Shown here: in pieces, positions 31,052 through 40,747 of the stretch | How positions within the stretch are numbered: the first letter of the stretch is position 1 | Layout of the letters: every line of letters begins with the position of its first letter | NCBI GenBank assembly: GCA_963765765.1 | Contig: CAVXYC010000017.1 | Span: 71,125-135,124 of the forward strand | Source of the DNA: an uncultured Chloroflexia bacterium | GTDB lineage: Bacteria > Chloroflexota > UBA6077 > JACCZL01 | DNA length: 64,000 nucleotides | Reading direction: 5' to 3' | Made by a program: the position numbers and the translations under genes | The notes under the pieces: generated by a model | The model's input: only the letters and a program-made list of their open reading frames with translations | The model's database searches: none | What the model was told of the DNA's origin: nothing

Positions 31052-32003
31052 AGCGGCTCCTGCCGCTCCTTCGCGAGCCAGGCGACGGATCGAGACTGTC
31101 GAGACTGAGTGGCTCGAGATCGTCGTTGAAGCCGAACGCGAGGCTGTCGAATCCGTATCAGAACTGTTCTCCAGACACGGCACTGGAGTCGCCGTTCATG
31201 AGCCCGTTCAGAGCAGTCGGGATGGCGAAGAAGTTCACATCGATCCGGCCTCGACAGTGCGCGTCGTCACGCACATTCTGCTCGATGCGGACACTGAGCA
31301 GAGGCGAATGGCGATCGAGGAAGGCCTGTGGCACCTGGCGCAGCTTCGTCAGGTGCGCATGCCGTCCGTCAACAGGGTCTCCGACCGCGACTGGGCAGAT
31401 GCCTGGAAGAAGTACTTTTCCGTGCATCGCATCGGGCGCCGAGTGGTCATCGTCCCATCGTGGCGCCGGTACCGGTCACAGCCAGACGACGTCATCGTCC
31501 GGCTTGATCCGGGCATGGCTTTCGGCACTGGCCTTCACCCGACGACGCGCTTGTGTACCGAGGCGCTCGAAGAAGCAGTTAAGGGCGGAGAGTGCGTGCT
31601 GGATCTCGGTTGCGGGTCGGGCATTCTCAGCATCGTTGCCGCCAAGCTCGGTGTGAATTCCGTCCGGGCCGTGGATATCGAACCGATCGCGGCCCAGGTG
31701 GCCGAGGAGAACGCGCGACGGAATAGAGTCGCGCACACCGTGAAGGCCCAGGCTGGGACGCTGGACAATGCTCGAAATGGCGCCCCCTACGATCTTGTGG
31801 TGGCGAACATCTCCTTCCGCGTGCTTTCGACGCTTCCAGCTGAAGTGCATCGCATGGTTCGCGAGAACGGGCACGTCGTCCTTTCGGGCGTGCTTGATGA
31901 ACGTGCCGATGAGCTGATTGACCTCTGGCAGCGAGCTGGCTGGCGATTCTTGCATCGCGCGGATGAGGCTGACTGGACAGCGGTTCAGCTCATCCGCGCG
32001 TGA
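31041..32003 (+). CDS. prmA: Ribosomal protein L11 methyltransferase
   Basis: [31 protein letters not shown]. Confidence 0.95.
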   Translation: MVSRAAPAAPSRARRRIETVETEWLEIVVEAEREAVESVSELFSRHGTGVAVHEPVQSSRDGEEVHIDPASTVRVVTHILLDADTEQRRMAIEEGLWHLAQLRQVRMPSVNRVSDRDWADAWKKYFSVHRIGRRVVIVPSWRRYRSQPDDVIVRLDPGMAFGTGLHPTTRLCTEALEEAVKGGECVLDLGCGSGILSIVAAKLGVNSVRAVDIEPIAAQVAEENARRNRVAHTVKAQAGTLDNARNGAPYDLVVANISFRVLSTLPAEVHRMVRENGHVVLSGVLDERADELIDLWQRAGWRFLHRADEADWTAVQLIRA

Positions 32004-32779
32004 GCGCCCGTGGCTGGGGTCATCATCACCGTTTCTTCGTTGAGCCTTCGGCCATCGAAGATCAATCGGTTCGCTTCACCCGAGATCAATCGCATCAGCT
32101 CATCCGCGTCCTGAGGGTCGGCCAGAACGAGCCCGTCATCGCCCTCACGGGCGATGGTGTGGAGCATCTGGTCCAGATCGTCGATGCGAGCCCCAGAGCT
32201 TGCTTCGGGACGATCCTTGATAGTCGTGATTCGGCGGACCACCCCGTTCTGACCATCACGCTCTACCAGGCGCTTCTTCCGCGTGAGCGATTCGAACAAG
32301 CGCTCTCGAGGTCCACCGAAACGGGAATCTCAGGATTTGTGCCCATTCGGACGCAGCGCACCGTGGCGAAGATCGATGAGCGGGACTGGCCCGGTCGCTC
32401 CGAGCGCCTGACAGCAATTGCGCGCGAGGCCGCTGAGCAGTCCGAACGAGCGAGGGTGCCTCAGATCGGCCCGCCGACGACGTTGCCATCGGCGATTGAC
32501 CTAGCTGTTCAGTCGGGAGTGGCGCTGGTGGCGTGGGAGCGCGGAAAGACAAGTATCACTCGGCATGAGCTCGCACGTGTCGCCAATGGGTCCGAAGGGG
32601 TTGTTTCGGTATTCATTGGCCCAGAAGGTGGATTTACGGAGGACGAGATCACCCTGGCCGCATCTCGTGGAGCGATGCTCGTCTGGCTTGGGCCCCGAAT
32701 TCTAAGGGCCGAAACAGCCGGGCCTATACTCACGGCCCTACTGCTTCATGAGGCCGGCGATATGGGGATCCGACCTTGA
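32000..32779 (+). CDS. rsmE: 16S rRNA m3U1498 methyltransferase
   Basis: EAAEQSER, IGPEGGF and LGPRILRAETA. Confidence 0.95.
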   Translation: MSARGWGHHHRFFVEPSAIEDQSVRFTRDQSHQLIRVLRVGQNEPVIALTGDGVEHLVQIVDASPRACFGTILDSRDSADHPVLTITLYQALLPRERFEQALSRSTETGISGFVPIRTQRTVAKIDERDWPGRSERLTAIAREAAEQSERARVPQIGPPTTLPSAIDLAVQSGVALVAWERGKTSITRHELARVANGSEGVVSVFIGPEGGFTEDEITLAASRGAMLVWLGPRILRAETAGPILTALLLHEAGDMGIRP

Positions 32780-32927
32780 AGCACGCCGTCCCACACTTCG
32801 CACTCCAGGGCGCAGAGCGCCATGCGAGTAATGAAATGGCGGTACCTGTGGGCATTGGCTCATCCAGCCACGATATCATCGATCGGCGGATTCATTGGTT
32901 TGCCACTCCGGAGGATTACCGAGCGCC

Positions 32928-34463
32928 ATGCATGACGATCACGATTTTCCCGATCACGTTCACTGGCATGGTGCCGTTGCCGCGGGACACGTGGAAGCTA
33001 CCGATATCGAAGGCCTGGAGATGTTCAAGCTCCGAAGCGTCGGTATCGACATCGGCTCATCGACCAGTCACCTGATCTTTTCTCGGCTGACGTTGCGGCG
33101 CGAGGGCGCCTCGCTCTCAGCGCAGTTCAAGGTGAGCGAGCGGGAAGTCGTCTACCGATCGAACATCATGCTGACCCCATACCGGTCGAGCACGCTGATC
33201 GACACAGATCGCTTGCGAGACTTTTTCCTGGGCGAATATCAGTCAGCGGGATTTACGCCGGACGACGTGGATACCGGTGCAGTGGTCATTACCGGCGAGG
33301 CGCTAAAGAAAGAGAACGCTCAGCCGATCAGTGAGATGTTCCAGCAATCATCGGGACGATTCATATGCGCCTCGGCAGGGCCAAACCACGAGGCGCTGCT
33401 CGCTGCATACGGGTCCGGCTGCGTTGATATGTCCACAAGGTCAGATGGCATGGTGCTCAACGTGGACGTGGGCGGCGGCACGTCCAAGCTGTCGCTCATC
33501 AAGGACGGCGTCGTGCTGCAGACGGTGGCCGTTAACGTCGGCTCGCGTTTGATGGCCTTCGATGAGTCTGGCGCCGCGACCCGTGTGGAAGAAGTAGCCA
33601 GGCTCATCATGAAGACGCTGGGACGCGATGTGGCCGTGGGCGATGTCATTGACGACTCTTTGCGGGATCGATTCGCAGGTGCCATGGCTGACGTGCTTTT
33701 CGACGTCATTCTTGGCGGCCGGTTGAGTCCGCTCACCCAGGAGCTCATGATCACCGTTCCGCTTGAAGGTGCTCCGGAGCTGGCAGGTGTGCAAGCGATC
33801 GTCTTCTCCGGGGGTACCTCGGAGTACGTGTACCATCCAGAGACCCCGAACTATGGTGATCTCGGCACATTCTTCGCTCGGCACATTCGAGCGCGTCTGG
33901 ATTCAGCACCCTGCAAAGGGCTCTTGCGTCCACCGACAGAGGGCATTCGTGCCACGGTGATTGGCGCGGGCGAATACACCATTCAGGTCAGCGGGAATAC
34001 CAGCTATCTATCGAACACCGACTCGCTTCCAATGTTCGGTCTTAAAGTGATTCAGGTCGCGCGCGACTACACCGACCTTCCGCAGGCCATTTCGCGAGCC
34101 CTGGAGAAGTTCGACCTAACAGAGATCGGTCCGGGCATCGCCATTGCCCTGTCGGTTCCACCACAGCCGAATTACGCGACACTGCGCGGGATTGCTGAGG
34201 ACTTGAAGTCCGTGGCCGATCGAGCCAGCGATCATTCCAGCCCGCTGCTGCTCGTGCTCGATCTCGACGTGGCGAAGTCCCTGGGCGGAATTCTTAAGGA
34301 AGAGCTCGGCCTTGCTCAGGAGCTCATCGCCATCGATGGTATCGACGTGGGTGACTTGGACTACATCGATATCGGACGTCCGGTGGGCGTGTCGGAGGCC
34401 CTTCCCGTGACGGTCAAATCTCTGATGTTCCCAACGCACGCGGACGTGGCCACCGTTGCCTGA
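32928..34463 (+). CDS. EutA-like (ethanolamine ammonia-lyase reactivating factor family) ATPase
   Basis: SVGIDIGSSTSHLIFSRL, TGAVVITGE, NVDVGGGTS, IRATVIGAG and DYIDIG...PVTVKSL. Confidence 0.85.
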   Translation: MHDDHDFPDHVHWHGAVAAGHVEATDIEGLEMFKLRSVGIDIGSSTSHLIFSRLTLRREGASLSAQFKVSEREVVYRSNIMLTPYRSSTLIDTDRLRDFFLGEYQSAGFTPDDVDTGAVVITGEALKKENAQPISEMFQQSSGRFICASAGPNHEALLAAYGSGCVDMSTRSDGMVLNVDVGGGTSKLSLIKDGVVLQTVAVNVGSRLMAFDESGAATRVEEVARLIMKTLGRDVAVGDVIDDSLRDRFAGAMADVLFDVILGGRLSPLTQELMITVPLEGAPELAGVQAIVFSGGTSEYVYHPETPNYGDLGTFFARHIRARLDSAPCKGLLRPPTEGIRATVIGAGEYTIQVSGNTSYLSNTDSLPMFGLKVIQVARDYTDLPQAISRALEKFDLTEIGPGIAIALSVPPQPNYATLRGIAEDLKSVADRASDHSSPLLLVLDLDVAKSLGGILKEELGLAQELIAIDGIDVGDLDYIDIGRPVGVSEALPVTVKSLMFPTHADVATVA

Positions 34464-34541
34464 CTTGTCACTAGTGTGTGCTCACAACATGCCCCGGGAG
34501 GCTCTCGGACGACACTGAGGGAGTCTGCTAGCATTTTGTCT

Positions 34542-35916
34542 ATGACAGACGCGTCGACCGCTGAAGCTGATGCGCCGCGAAGTCCTGCCAGGACCGCGGC
34601 GCTCTACACGTTAGGCTGCAAGGTCAATCAAGCCGAGACGCGCGAGTGGGCCGCAACGCTTGCGCGGGCCGGCGTAGAGCTGGTGCCGTTCGACGGTCCG
34701 GCGGATCTCTACATCGTCAATACCTGCACCGTGACGCACATGGGTGATCGAAAATCGCGCCAGGTGGTACGGCAGGCTGAGCGCGCGAATCCGGACGCGT
34801 CGATCGTGGTGACCGGATGTTACGCGGAGATCGCCCCGGACGAGGTGGCACAGTTACCTGGCGTAGATTTGGTAGTGGGCACTCAGAGTAAGGAGACGCT
34901 GGTCCGCACGCTCGCGGAGCGGGGGATTGTCACTGGGTGCGAGACGGACGCCTGGACCCACCCTTCCGAGAAAGATGGCTGGATCACGCTCATGCCCGCC
35001 ATTGAGCGGCGGGCGCGTGCCTTCGTGAAAGTCCAGGACGGCTGTGATTGGCATTGCACGTATTGCATCGTTCCGCGGGCACGAGGGCACCAGCGAAGTC
35101 GCTCCATCAATGCGCTGGTTGAGCAAGTCCGGCTTCTCCACGGGCTTGGTTACAAGGAAGCCGTGCTGACAGGTGTGCAGATCGGTGCATATGGCCGGGA
35201 TTGGGACGCGGAATCGCGCCGCATCAGACGGGACTCGGGTCCAAACCTGACGGCGCTGGTGGAGCGGCTGCTAGCTGAGACGGATATTCCGCGAATCCGG
35301 CTCTCGTCGATCCAGCCACAGGACTGGCCTGATGGGCTCTTGGAGCTCTGGAGCGATCGGCGGATGTGCCGACACATTCATCTGCCGCTCCAGAGCGGAT
35401 CAGACTCAGTTCTCAAGCGCATGGGGCGTCGATATCGGCGGAATGATTTCCGCGACCTGGTCGACAAGCTGAGGCGTGTCATGCCCGACGTGGCGCTAAC
35501 GGCAGATATCATGGTGGGTTTTCCCGGTGAGACTGATGCCGAGCACGCTGAGAGCATGGCGTTTTGCGAGGAGATCGGATTCTTCGAGCTGCACATCTTT
35601 CGATATTCGGCTCGCCCGCAGACCGCCGCGACGCGGCTTGCTGGTGAAATTCCGGCCGACGTCAAAAAGGAAAGAAGCCAGGAGATGCACACCCTCGGGC
35701 GCTCGCTTAGCGAGCATTACCGACACACGGTTCCTCGGTCAGCGGGCCGAAGTGCTCTGGGAAGAGCCGGTCGAGACGGGCGGGAATCGTTGGACCGGTT
35801 TGACGGATAATTATCTCCGCGTTTGGGCGGAGGAAGACGAGATGGGCGAAGGAAATCTAAGTCACGTTCTGCTCCAGTCGCTCCAGGCCGAGGGTTTTTG
35901 GGGTGTGCCTCAATGA
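34542..35916 (+). CDS. mtaB: tRNA t6A37 methylthiotransferase MtaB (frameshift near 35730)
   Basis: TLGCKVNQAE, NTCTVT and CDWHCTYC radical-SAM motif; TRAM end GLTDNYLRV in a second frame. Confidence 0.92.
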
Positions 35917-36254
35917 GCTGTCTGTTCTGCTCGATCTTGGCAGGTGAGATACCGGCAACGATCGTGTTCGAGAACGATGAGCTGCTCGCTTTCCGAGACA
36001 TCAATCCGCAGGCGCCGACGCACGTGCTGGTTATTCCGCGAGTGCATAGAGAGCACCCAAGTGAGCTGACGTCGGAGGACGAGGCGCTCATGGGGCGAGT
36101 CATCCGAGCCGCTTCAGAGATTGCCCGGCAAGAGGGGATCGCGGACTCAGGCTACCGTCTCATCGTGAATGCTGGCCCGGACGCCAATCAGACGGTCCCG
36201 CATATTCATGTGCACGTGTTGGGCGGTCGTACCATGGGCTGGCCGCCGGGCTGA
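35913..36254 (+). CDS. HIT family nucleotide-binding protein
   Basis: CLFC...DINPQAPTH...HIHVHVLGG..MGWPPG. Confidence 0.92.
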   Translation: MSCLFCSILAGEIPATIVFENDELLAFRDINPQAPTHVLVIPRVHREHPSELTSEDEALMGRVIRAASEIARQEGIADSGYRLIVNAGPDANQTVPHIHVHVLGGRTMGWPPG

Positions 36255-36331
36255 CCCGCTGATTACGCGCTAACCATCGGATTCAGGAGTGGCGAGACTA
36301 GAGTTTCCTGTCCGAGGTTGAAGGAGGTCAT

Positions 36332-37462
36332 GTGAAGCTTTTCGAATTCCAGGCCAAGGAAGTGTTCGCCAAATCGGGGATACCGGTTCCGCGAGGACGC
36401 ATGGCGTCCACTCCCGATGAAGCTGCCGCGATAGCCGCGGAGCTGGGTCGATGTGTGGTGAAGGCTCAGGCGCACGCGGGCGGACGTGGGAAGGCCGGCC
36501 TGATAAAGCTGGCGAATTCACCTGATGAAGCTCGGGAGCATGCGGCCGCGATTCTTGGTCAGACATTCAAAGGCTTCGTCATCCAGAGACTCCTGGTTGA
36601 AGAGGCTGTCTCAGCCGCGATGGAGTACTACCTCGCGATTACCATCGATCGGACCAGCAAGGGCCCGATGATGATGTTGAGCGCTGAGGGCGGTGTGGAG
36701 ATCGAGGAGGTCGCGGAAAAGACTCCCGAGAAGATCATCAAAATCACGATCGATCCCTCATATGGGCTCTTCGACTTCCAGCTTCGAGACGCCGTTGAGC
36801 AGGCCGGCCTGGATCCCAAGGCATCTCGCCAGGTTCAAGCCATCGCTCACAAACTCTACCGCTCGTTCTGTGACAACGACGCGGCGCTGGCCGAGATCAA
36901 TCCTCTCATGGTGACCACTGATGGAGCGGTGATCGCGGCGGATGCCAAGGTGGATGTGGACGATAATGCGCTCTTCCGACAGCAGGATTTGCTGGTGTAC
37001 AAGGAAGAAGCCGAGGAAGATCCAATTGAAGCCGAGGCGCACCGCCGTGGCGTAACGTATGTGCGGCTGGATGGCAATATCGGGATCATCGGCAACGGCG
37101 CTGGCCTCGTTATGACGACGCTTGACCTGGTGACACGTGAAGGTGGTAGGCCGGCCAACTTCCTCGATATCGGTGGTGGCGCGAGAGCAGAAAGCGTGAC
37201 GCAGGCGCTTGAGATCGTGCTCATGGACCCTAACGTCACGGGCATTTTGTTCAATATCTTTGGCGGCATCACACGTGGTGACGAGGTTGCGAAGGGCGTG
37301 CTGGAAGGCACAAGTAAAATTGACATAAACGTGCCAATTGTCGTCCGGATGGCTGGGACGATGGCGGAAGAGGGGCTGGCGCTCCTTCAGGGAAGCTCGC
37401 TTATACCGGCCAATAGCCCCGTCGAAGCGGCGCGCAGAATCATCGAGCTGGCGGGGCGATAA
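36332..37462 (+). CDS. sucC: Succinyl-CoA synthetase beta subunit
   Basis: KAQ..AGGRGKAG, GNGAGL, ANFLDIGGG, NIFGGI. Confidence 0.95.
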   Translation: MKLFEFQAKEVFAKSGIPVPRGRMASTPDEAAAIAAELGRCVVKAQAHAGGRGKAGLIKLANSPDEAREHAAAILGQTFKGFVIQRLLVEEAVSAAMEYYLAITIDRTSKGPMMMLSAEGGVEIEEVAEKTPEKIIKITIDPSYGLFDFQLRDAVEQAGLDPKASRQVQAIAHKLYRSFCDNDAALAEINPLMVTTDGAVIAADAKVDVDDNALFRQQDLLVYKEEAEEDPIEAEAHRRGVTYVRLDGNIGIIGNGAGLVMTTLDLVTREGGRPANFLDIGGGARAESVTQALEIVLMDPNVTGILFNIFGGITRGDEVAKGVLEGTSKIDINVPIVVRMAGTMAEEGLALLQGSSLIPANSPVEAARRIIELAGR

Positions 37463-37464
37463 CG

Positions 37465-38337
37465 ATGTCAGTGCTTATTGACTCAAACACACGAGTAGTC
37501 GTTCAGGGTGTCACTGGGCGTGAGGGCGGATTCCACACTCAGCAAATGGTTGACTACGGCACTCCGGTTGTCGCGGGAGTGACCCCGGGCAAGGCTGGCA
37601 CCGAGCACGCCAGCGTGCCGGTATTCGATTCCGTTGCTGACGCGGTGGCGGAGCGCGGCGCCAATACCTCCATCATCTTTGTCCCGCCACCCTTTGCTGG
37701 CGACGCGATCTGCGAAGCGGCGACAGCTGGATGCAAGCTAGTGATCTGCATCACCGAAGGCTTGCCGACACTCGATGCATTGCGAGCTGTGAAATACGCT
37801 GGCGAAAAAGGCGCGCGAGTCATCGGTCCTAACTGTCCCGGTGTCATGACGCCCGGACTGGCGAAGATCGGCATTATGCCCGCGAACATCTTCACCAAGG
37901 GCAATGTCGGCGTTGTGTCGCGCAGCGGCACGCTTACATACGAGATAGTGGCGCTGCTTACCGAGGCTGGCCTCGGCGTATCGACGTGTGTCGGGATCGG
38001 CGGAGATCCGGTCATTGGAACGGTCTTCGTAGACGTGCTGGAGCTTTTCCAGAACGATCCGGACACGAAGTCCGTCTTTCTGATTGGTGAGATCGGCGGC
38101 TCGGACGAGGAGATGGCGGCGGACATGGTGGGAACGACCTTCACCAAGCCGATCATCTCGTTTATCTCCGGCCGCTCGGCTCCTCCTGGGAAGCGCATGG
38201 GCCACGCCGGGGCCATCATCTCAGGGACAATGGGCACCCCACAGAGCAAGGTCGCCGCATTCGAGTCCAAGAACGTGCCTGTGGCCGACACGCTACCAGA
38301 CATGGTCCGCATCCTCAAGGAGAGCGGACTAGCTTAG
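37465..38337 (+). CDS. sucD: Succinyl-CoA synthetase alpha subunit
   Basis: GPNCPG, SRSGTLTYE and RMGHAGAI. Confidence 0.95.
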   Translation: MSVLIDSNTRVVVQGVTGREGGFHTQQMVDYGTPVVAGVTPGKAGTEHASVPVFDSVADAVAERGANTSIIFVPPPFAGDAICEAATAGCKLVICITEGLPTLDALRAVKYAGEKGARVIGPNCPGVMTPGLAKIGIMPANIFTKGNVGVVSRSGTLTYEIVALLTEAGLGVSTCVGIGGDPVIGTVFVDVLELFQNDPDTKSVFLIGEIGGSDEEMAADMVGTTFTKPIISFISGRSAPPGKRMGHAGAIISGTMGTPQSKVAAFESKNVPVADTLPDMVRILKESGLA

Positions 38338-38342
38338 TGCAG

Positions 38343-38426
38343 TAATGAGCGGAGAGTGATGAATCATGAGTGAGGTGAGGCTACCCAGTCCTTACTCATG
38401 ACTCATCACTCATGACTCATCACTCT
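38343..38426. repeat. Heptamer-based inverted/tandem repeat overlapping the next start codon
   Basis: gagtgatgaatcatgagtgagg...ccttactcatgactcatcactc, with atgactcatcactc repeated twice. Confidence 0.7.
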
Positions 38427-39677
38427 CCCGTGGACCATCCCGCGATCCTCCGCTCTCTTCAACGTGACGGGCGAATCACTTTCGCTCGATACATGCAAAT
38501 GGCGCTGTACCACCCGCGTTGGGGCTATTACTCCAGACGCGATGCGCTCGGAGAATCCGGGGATTTCTACACGAGTCCCGAGCTGCACCCACTGTTCGCG
38601 GCAGCAGTTGCAGTGCGCGCATACGGCGTTTGGCAGGGCTTGGGCTCTCCGAATTCCTTCGACTTTGTCGAGGTGGGTGGCGGGTCCGGTCGATTTGCGC
38701 GAGACTTCCTGCTGTATGTCGATGAGTGTTTCCCCGAATTCAGTCGAGTTCTCCACTACCGCATCGACGATCGCGGAGCGAATCTCAGAAGGACTCAGCT
38801 CGAGCGTCTGATCCGTGCGAAACTCGATCGGCGTGTGCGATGGACCGATGGCTCACCGGCCGTATGGACCAAAGGCTCGGTGCGCGGCATGATCGTGGCC
38901 AACGAGTTGATCGACGCGCTTTCGGTGCATCTGGTTACGGCTAGGGACGGAGAACTGCAGGAGCTCTATGTCCACGGGGATGATTCCGGGCTCGCTCTGG
39001 AGCCCGGCCCGCCGTCAACGTCCAGTCTTGAGCGGTATCTTCGGGCGATCGACATCACTGTGCCCGACGACGTGCAGTGGGAGATCAATCTCAACGCCCC
39101 CCGCTGGATTCAGCGCACGAGCCGAGCGCTAGAAGCCGGTGCCTTGCTGCTCAGTGACTACGGCTACCCAGCGTCGGAGCTCTACAGCGCCGGGCGCCCG
39201 ACGGGATCGCTCCTGTGCTACTCGCAACACACGGTTGATAGTGATCCGCTCCGTGCTCCGGGTGCGCATGACATCACTTGCCATGTCGATTTCACCACAC
39301 TGCGAAGCTCCCTCGCGTCGGTCGATATGACGATCGTGGAGGACACACCCCAGGCAGAGGCGCTGGGCCGCCAGGCTCTATCTGAGTGGCGGGCATGGAC
39401 GCTTGATGGGGATGCTGCGTGGACGCAAAGGACAGGGCTTGTTCGTTCGCTCGATGCATTGAGTGATCCCGGCGGACTTGGTCGGTTGCAATGGATTACG
39501 AGCGTCAAGGCAATGCGAGATTGGACGTGGCAATCCATCCCGTTAATCCCAGTACCTTCTACCAGATCATTAATTGGGGATCATCTTGTCTTGCCCGATC
39601 CGGCCATGCTTGACCCGATCTCCGATATCGAGGAACAGTGGCACGAGCTCTGGCAGGGAGATGGTGACGAGGCATAA
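38412..39677 (+). CDS. SAM-dependent methyltransferase, MidA/NDUFAF7 family
   Basis: ITFARYMQMALY...GYY...GDFYTSPE, EVGGGSG, ANELIDA, DYG and DITCHVDF. Confidence 0.9.
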   Translation: MTHHSPVDHPAILRSLQRDGRITFARYMQMALYHPRWGYYSRRDALGESGDFYTSPELHPLFAAAVAVRAYGVWQGLGSPNSFDFVEVGGGSGRFARDFLLYVDECFPEFSRVLHYRIDDRGANLRRTQLERLIRAKLDRRVRWTDGSPAVWTKGSVRGMIVANELIDALSVHLVTARDGELQELYVHGDDSGLALEPGPPSTSSLERYLRAIDITVPDDVQWEINLNAPRWIQRTSRALEAGALLLSDYGYPASELYSAGRPTGSLLCYSQHTVDSDPLRAPGAHDITCHVDFTTLRSSLASVDMTIVEDTPQAEALGRQALSEWRAWTLDGDAAWTQRTGLVRSLDALSDPGGLGRLQWITSVKAMRDWTWQSIPLIPVPSTRSLIGDHLVLPDPAMLDPISDIEEQWHELWQGDGDEA

Positions 39678-39772
39678 CCGAGTCCGGCGCCAATATTCCC
39701 GATAATTCGGATCGCAAATGTTTACATCGCCGAATTCGTTAACTTAGAATACAATCGCCAAGAGGAGGAGCT

Positions 39773-40441
39773 ATGCCCCTACGAATAAACGATACTGCCC
39801 CGAACTTCACAGCTGAGACAACTCAGGGCACCATTGATTTTCACGAGTGGATCGGGGACGGCTTCGCGATCCTTTTTTCGCACCCCAAGGACTTCACTCC
39901 CGTCTGTACGACTGAGCTTGGCTACATGGCCGGTCTTCAGCCGGAGTTCGAGAAGCGAAACACCAAAATCATCGGACTAAGCGTTGATCCGGTGGACAGC
40001 CACGGCAAGTGGGCGAAGGACATCGAAGAGACTTCTGGTAACGCTGTGAATTACCCGATGATCGGCGACCCGGAGCTTAAAATCGCCAAGCTGTACGACA
40101 TGCTTCCAGCCGATGAGGGAACTACGTCCGAAGGGCGAACGCCGGCGAACAACGCGACCGTGCGTACTGTGTTCATCATTGGCCCGGACAAGAAGATCAA
40201 GCTTTCGCTCACGTATCCGATGAGCACCGGCCGCAACTTCAATGAGATTCTGCGCGCTCTTGACTCGATTCAGCTCACCGCCAAGCAGGCGGTAGCGACA
40301 CCAGCGAATTGGAATCCTGGGGACGAGGTCGTCATAGCTGGTACGGTCTCCGACGAAGAGGCGACAAAGCTTTATCCGCAGGGCTGGAGGGCGCCACGAC
40401 CGTACCTTCGCTTGGTAAAGCCGGGACCCGATCAACGATAA
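39773..40441 (+). CDS. 1-Cys peroxiredoxin (Prx6 type)
   Basis: FSHPKDFTPVCTTE and YPMSTGRNF motifs. Confidence 0.95.
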   Translation: MPLRINDTAPNFTAETTQGTIDFHEWIGDGFAILFSHPKDFTPVCTTELGYMAGLQPEFEKRNTKIIGLSVDPVDSHGKWAKDIEETSGNAVNYPMIGDPELKIAKLYDMLPADEGTTSEGRTPANNATVRTVFIIGPDKKIKLSLTYPMSTGRNFNEILRALDSIQLTAKQAVATPANWNPGDEVVIAGTVSDEEATKLYPQGWRAPRPYLRLVKPGPDQR

Positions 40442-40747
40442 GCACACAGTAATTGGTACCGCTTGGCCCGGTCGCTTGACCCTGGCCGAGACGCGTGAAC
40501 AACTGCCCCCTCTTTAGCGTCGAAATGCGGCGGTGAGGAGGGGGCTTTTGATTTTGATTTGGATATACGTTTGATGGATGCGAGTCGGCCGCGGAGTTGC
40601 GCGAGCTCGGTGTGACGACCTCCGCTGGTTGCGGGTGTGGGGTGCAGTTCACTATGCTGATTCACTGAATAGAGATTCATTTCGGCCGTCGATCGTCACT
40701 GGGACGACGAGGCCGTTTTTATCGTTGAGCCCATGCGGGAGTCCCCA

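Noticed and set aside
40451-40462. TGGTACCGC T-box-like word
   Set aside because: It lies directly after the peroxiredoxin stop with no room for stem I, and is about 230 bp from the valS-proximal hairpin.
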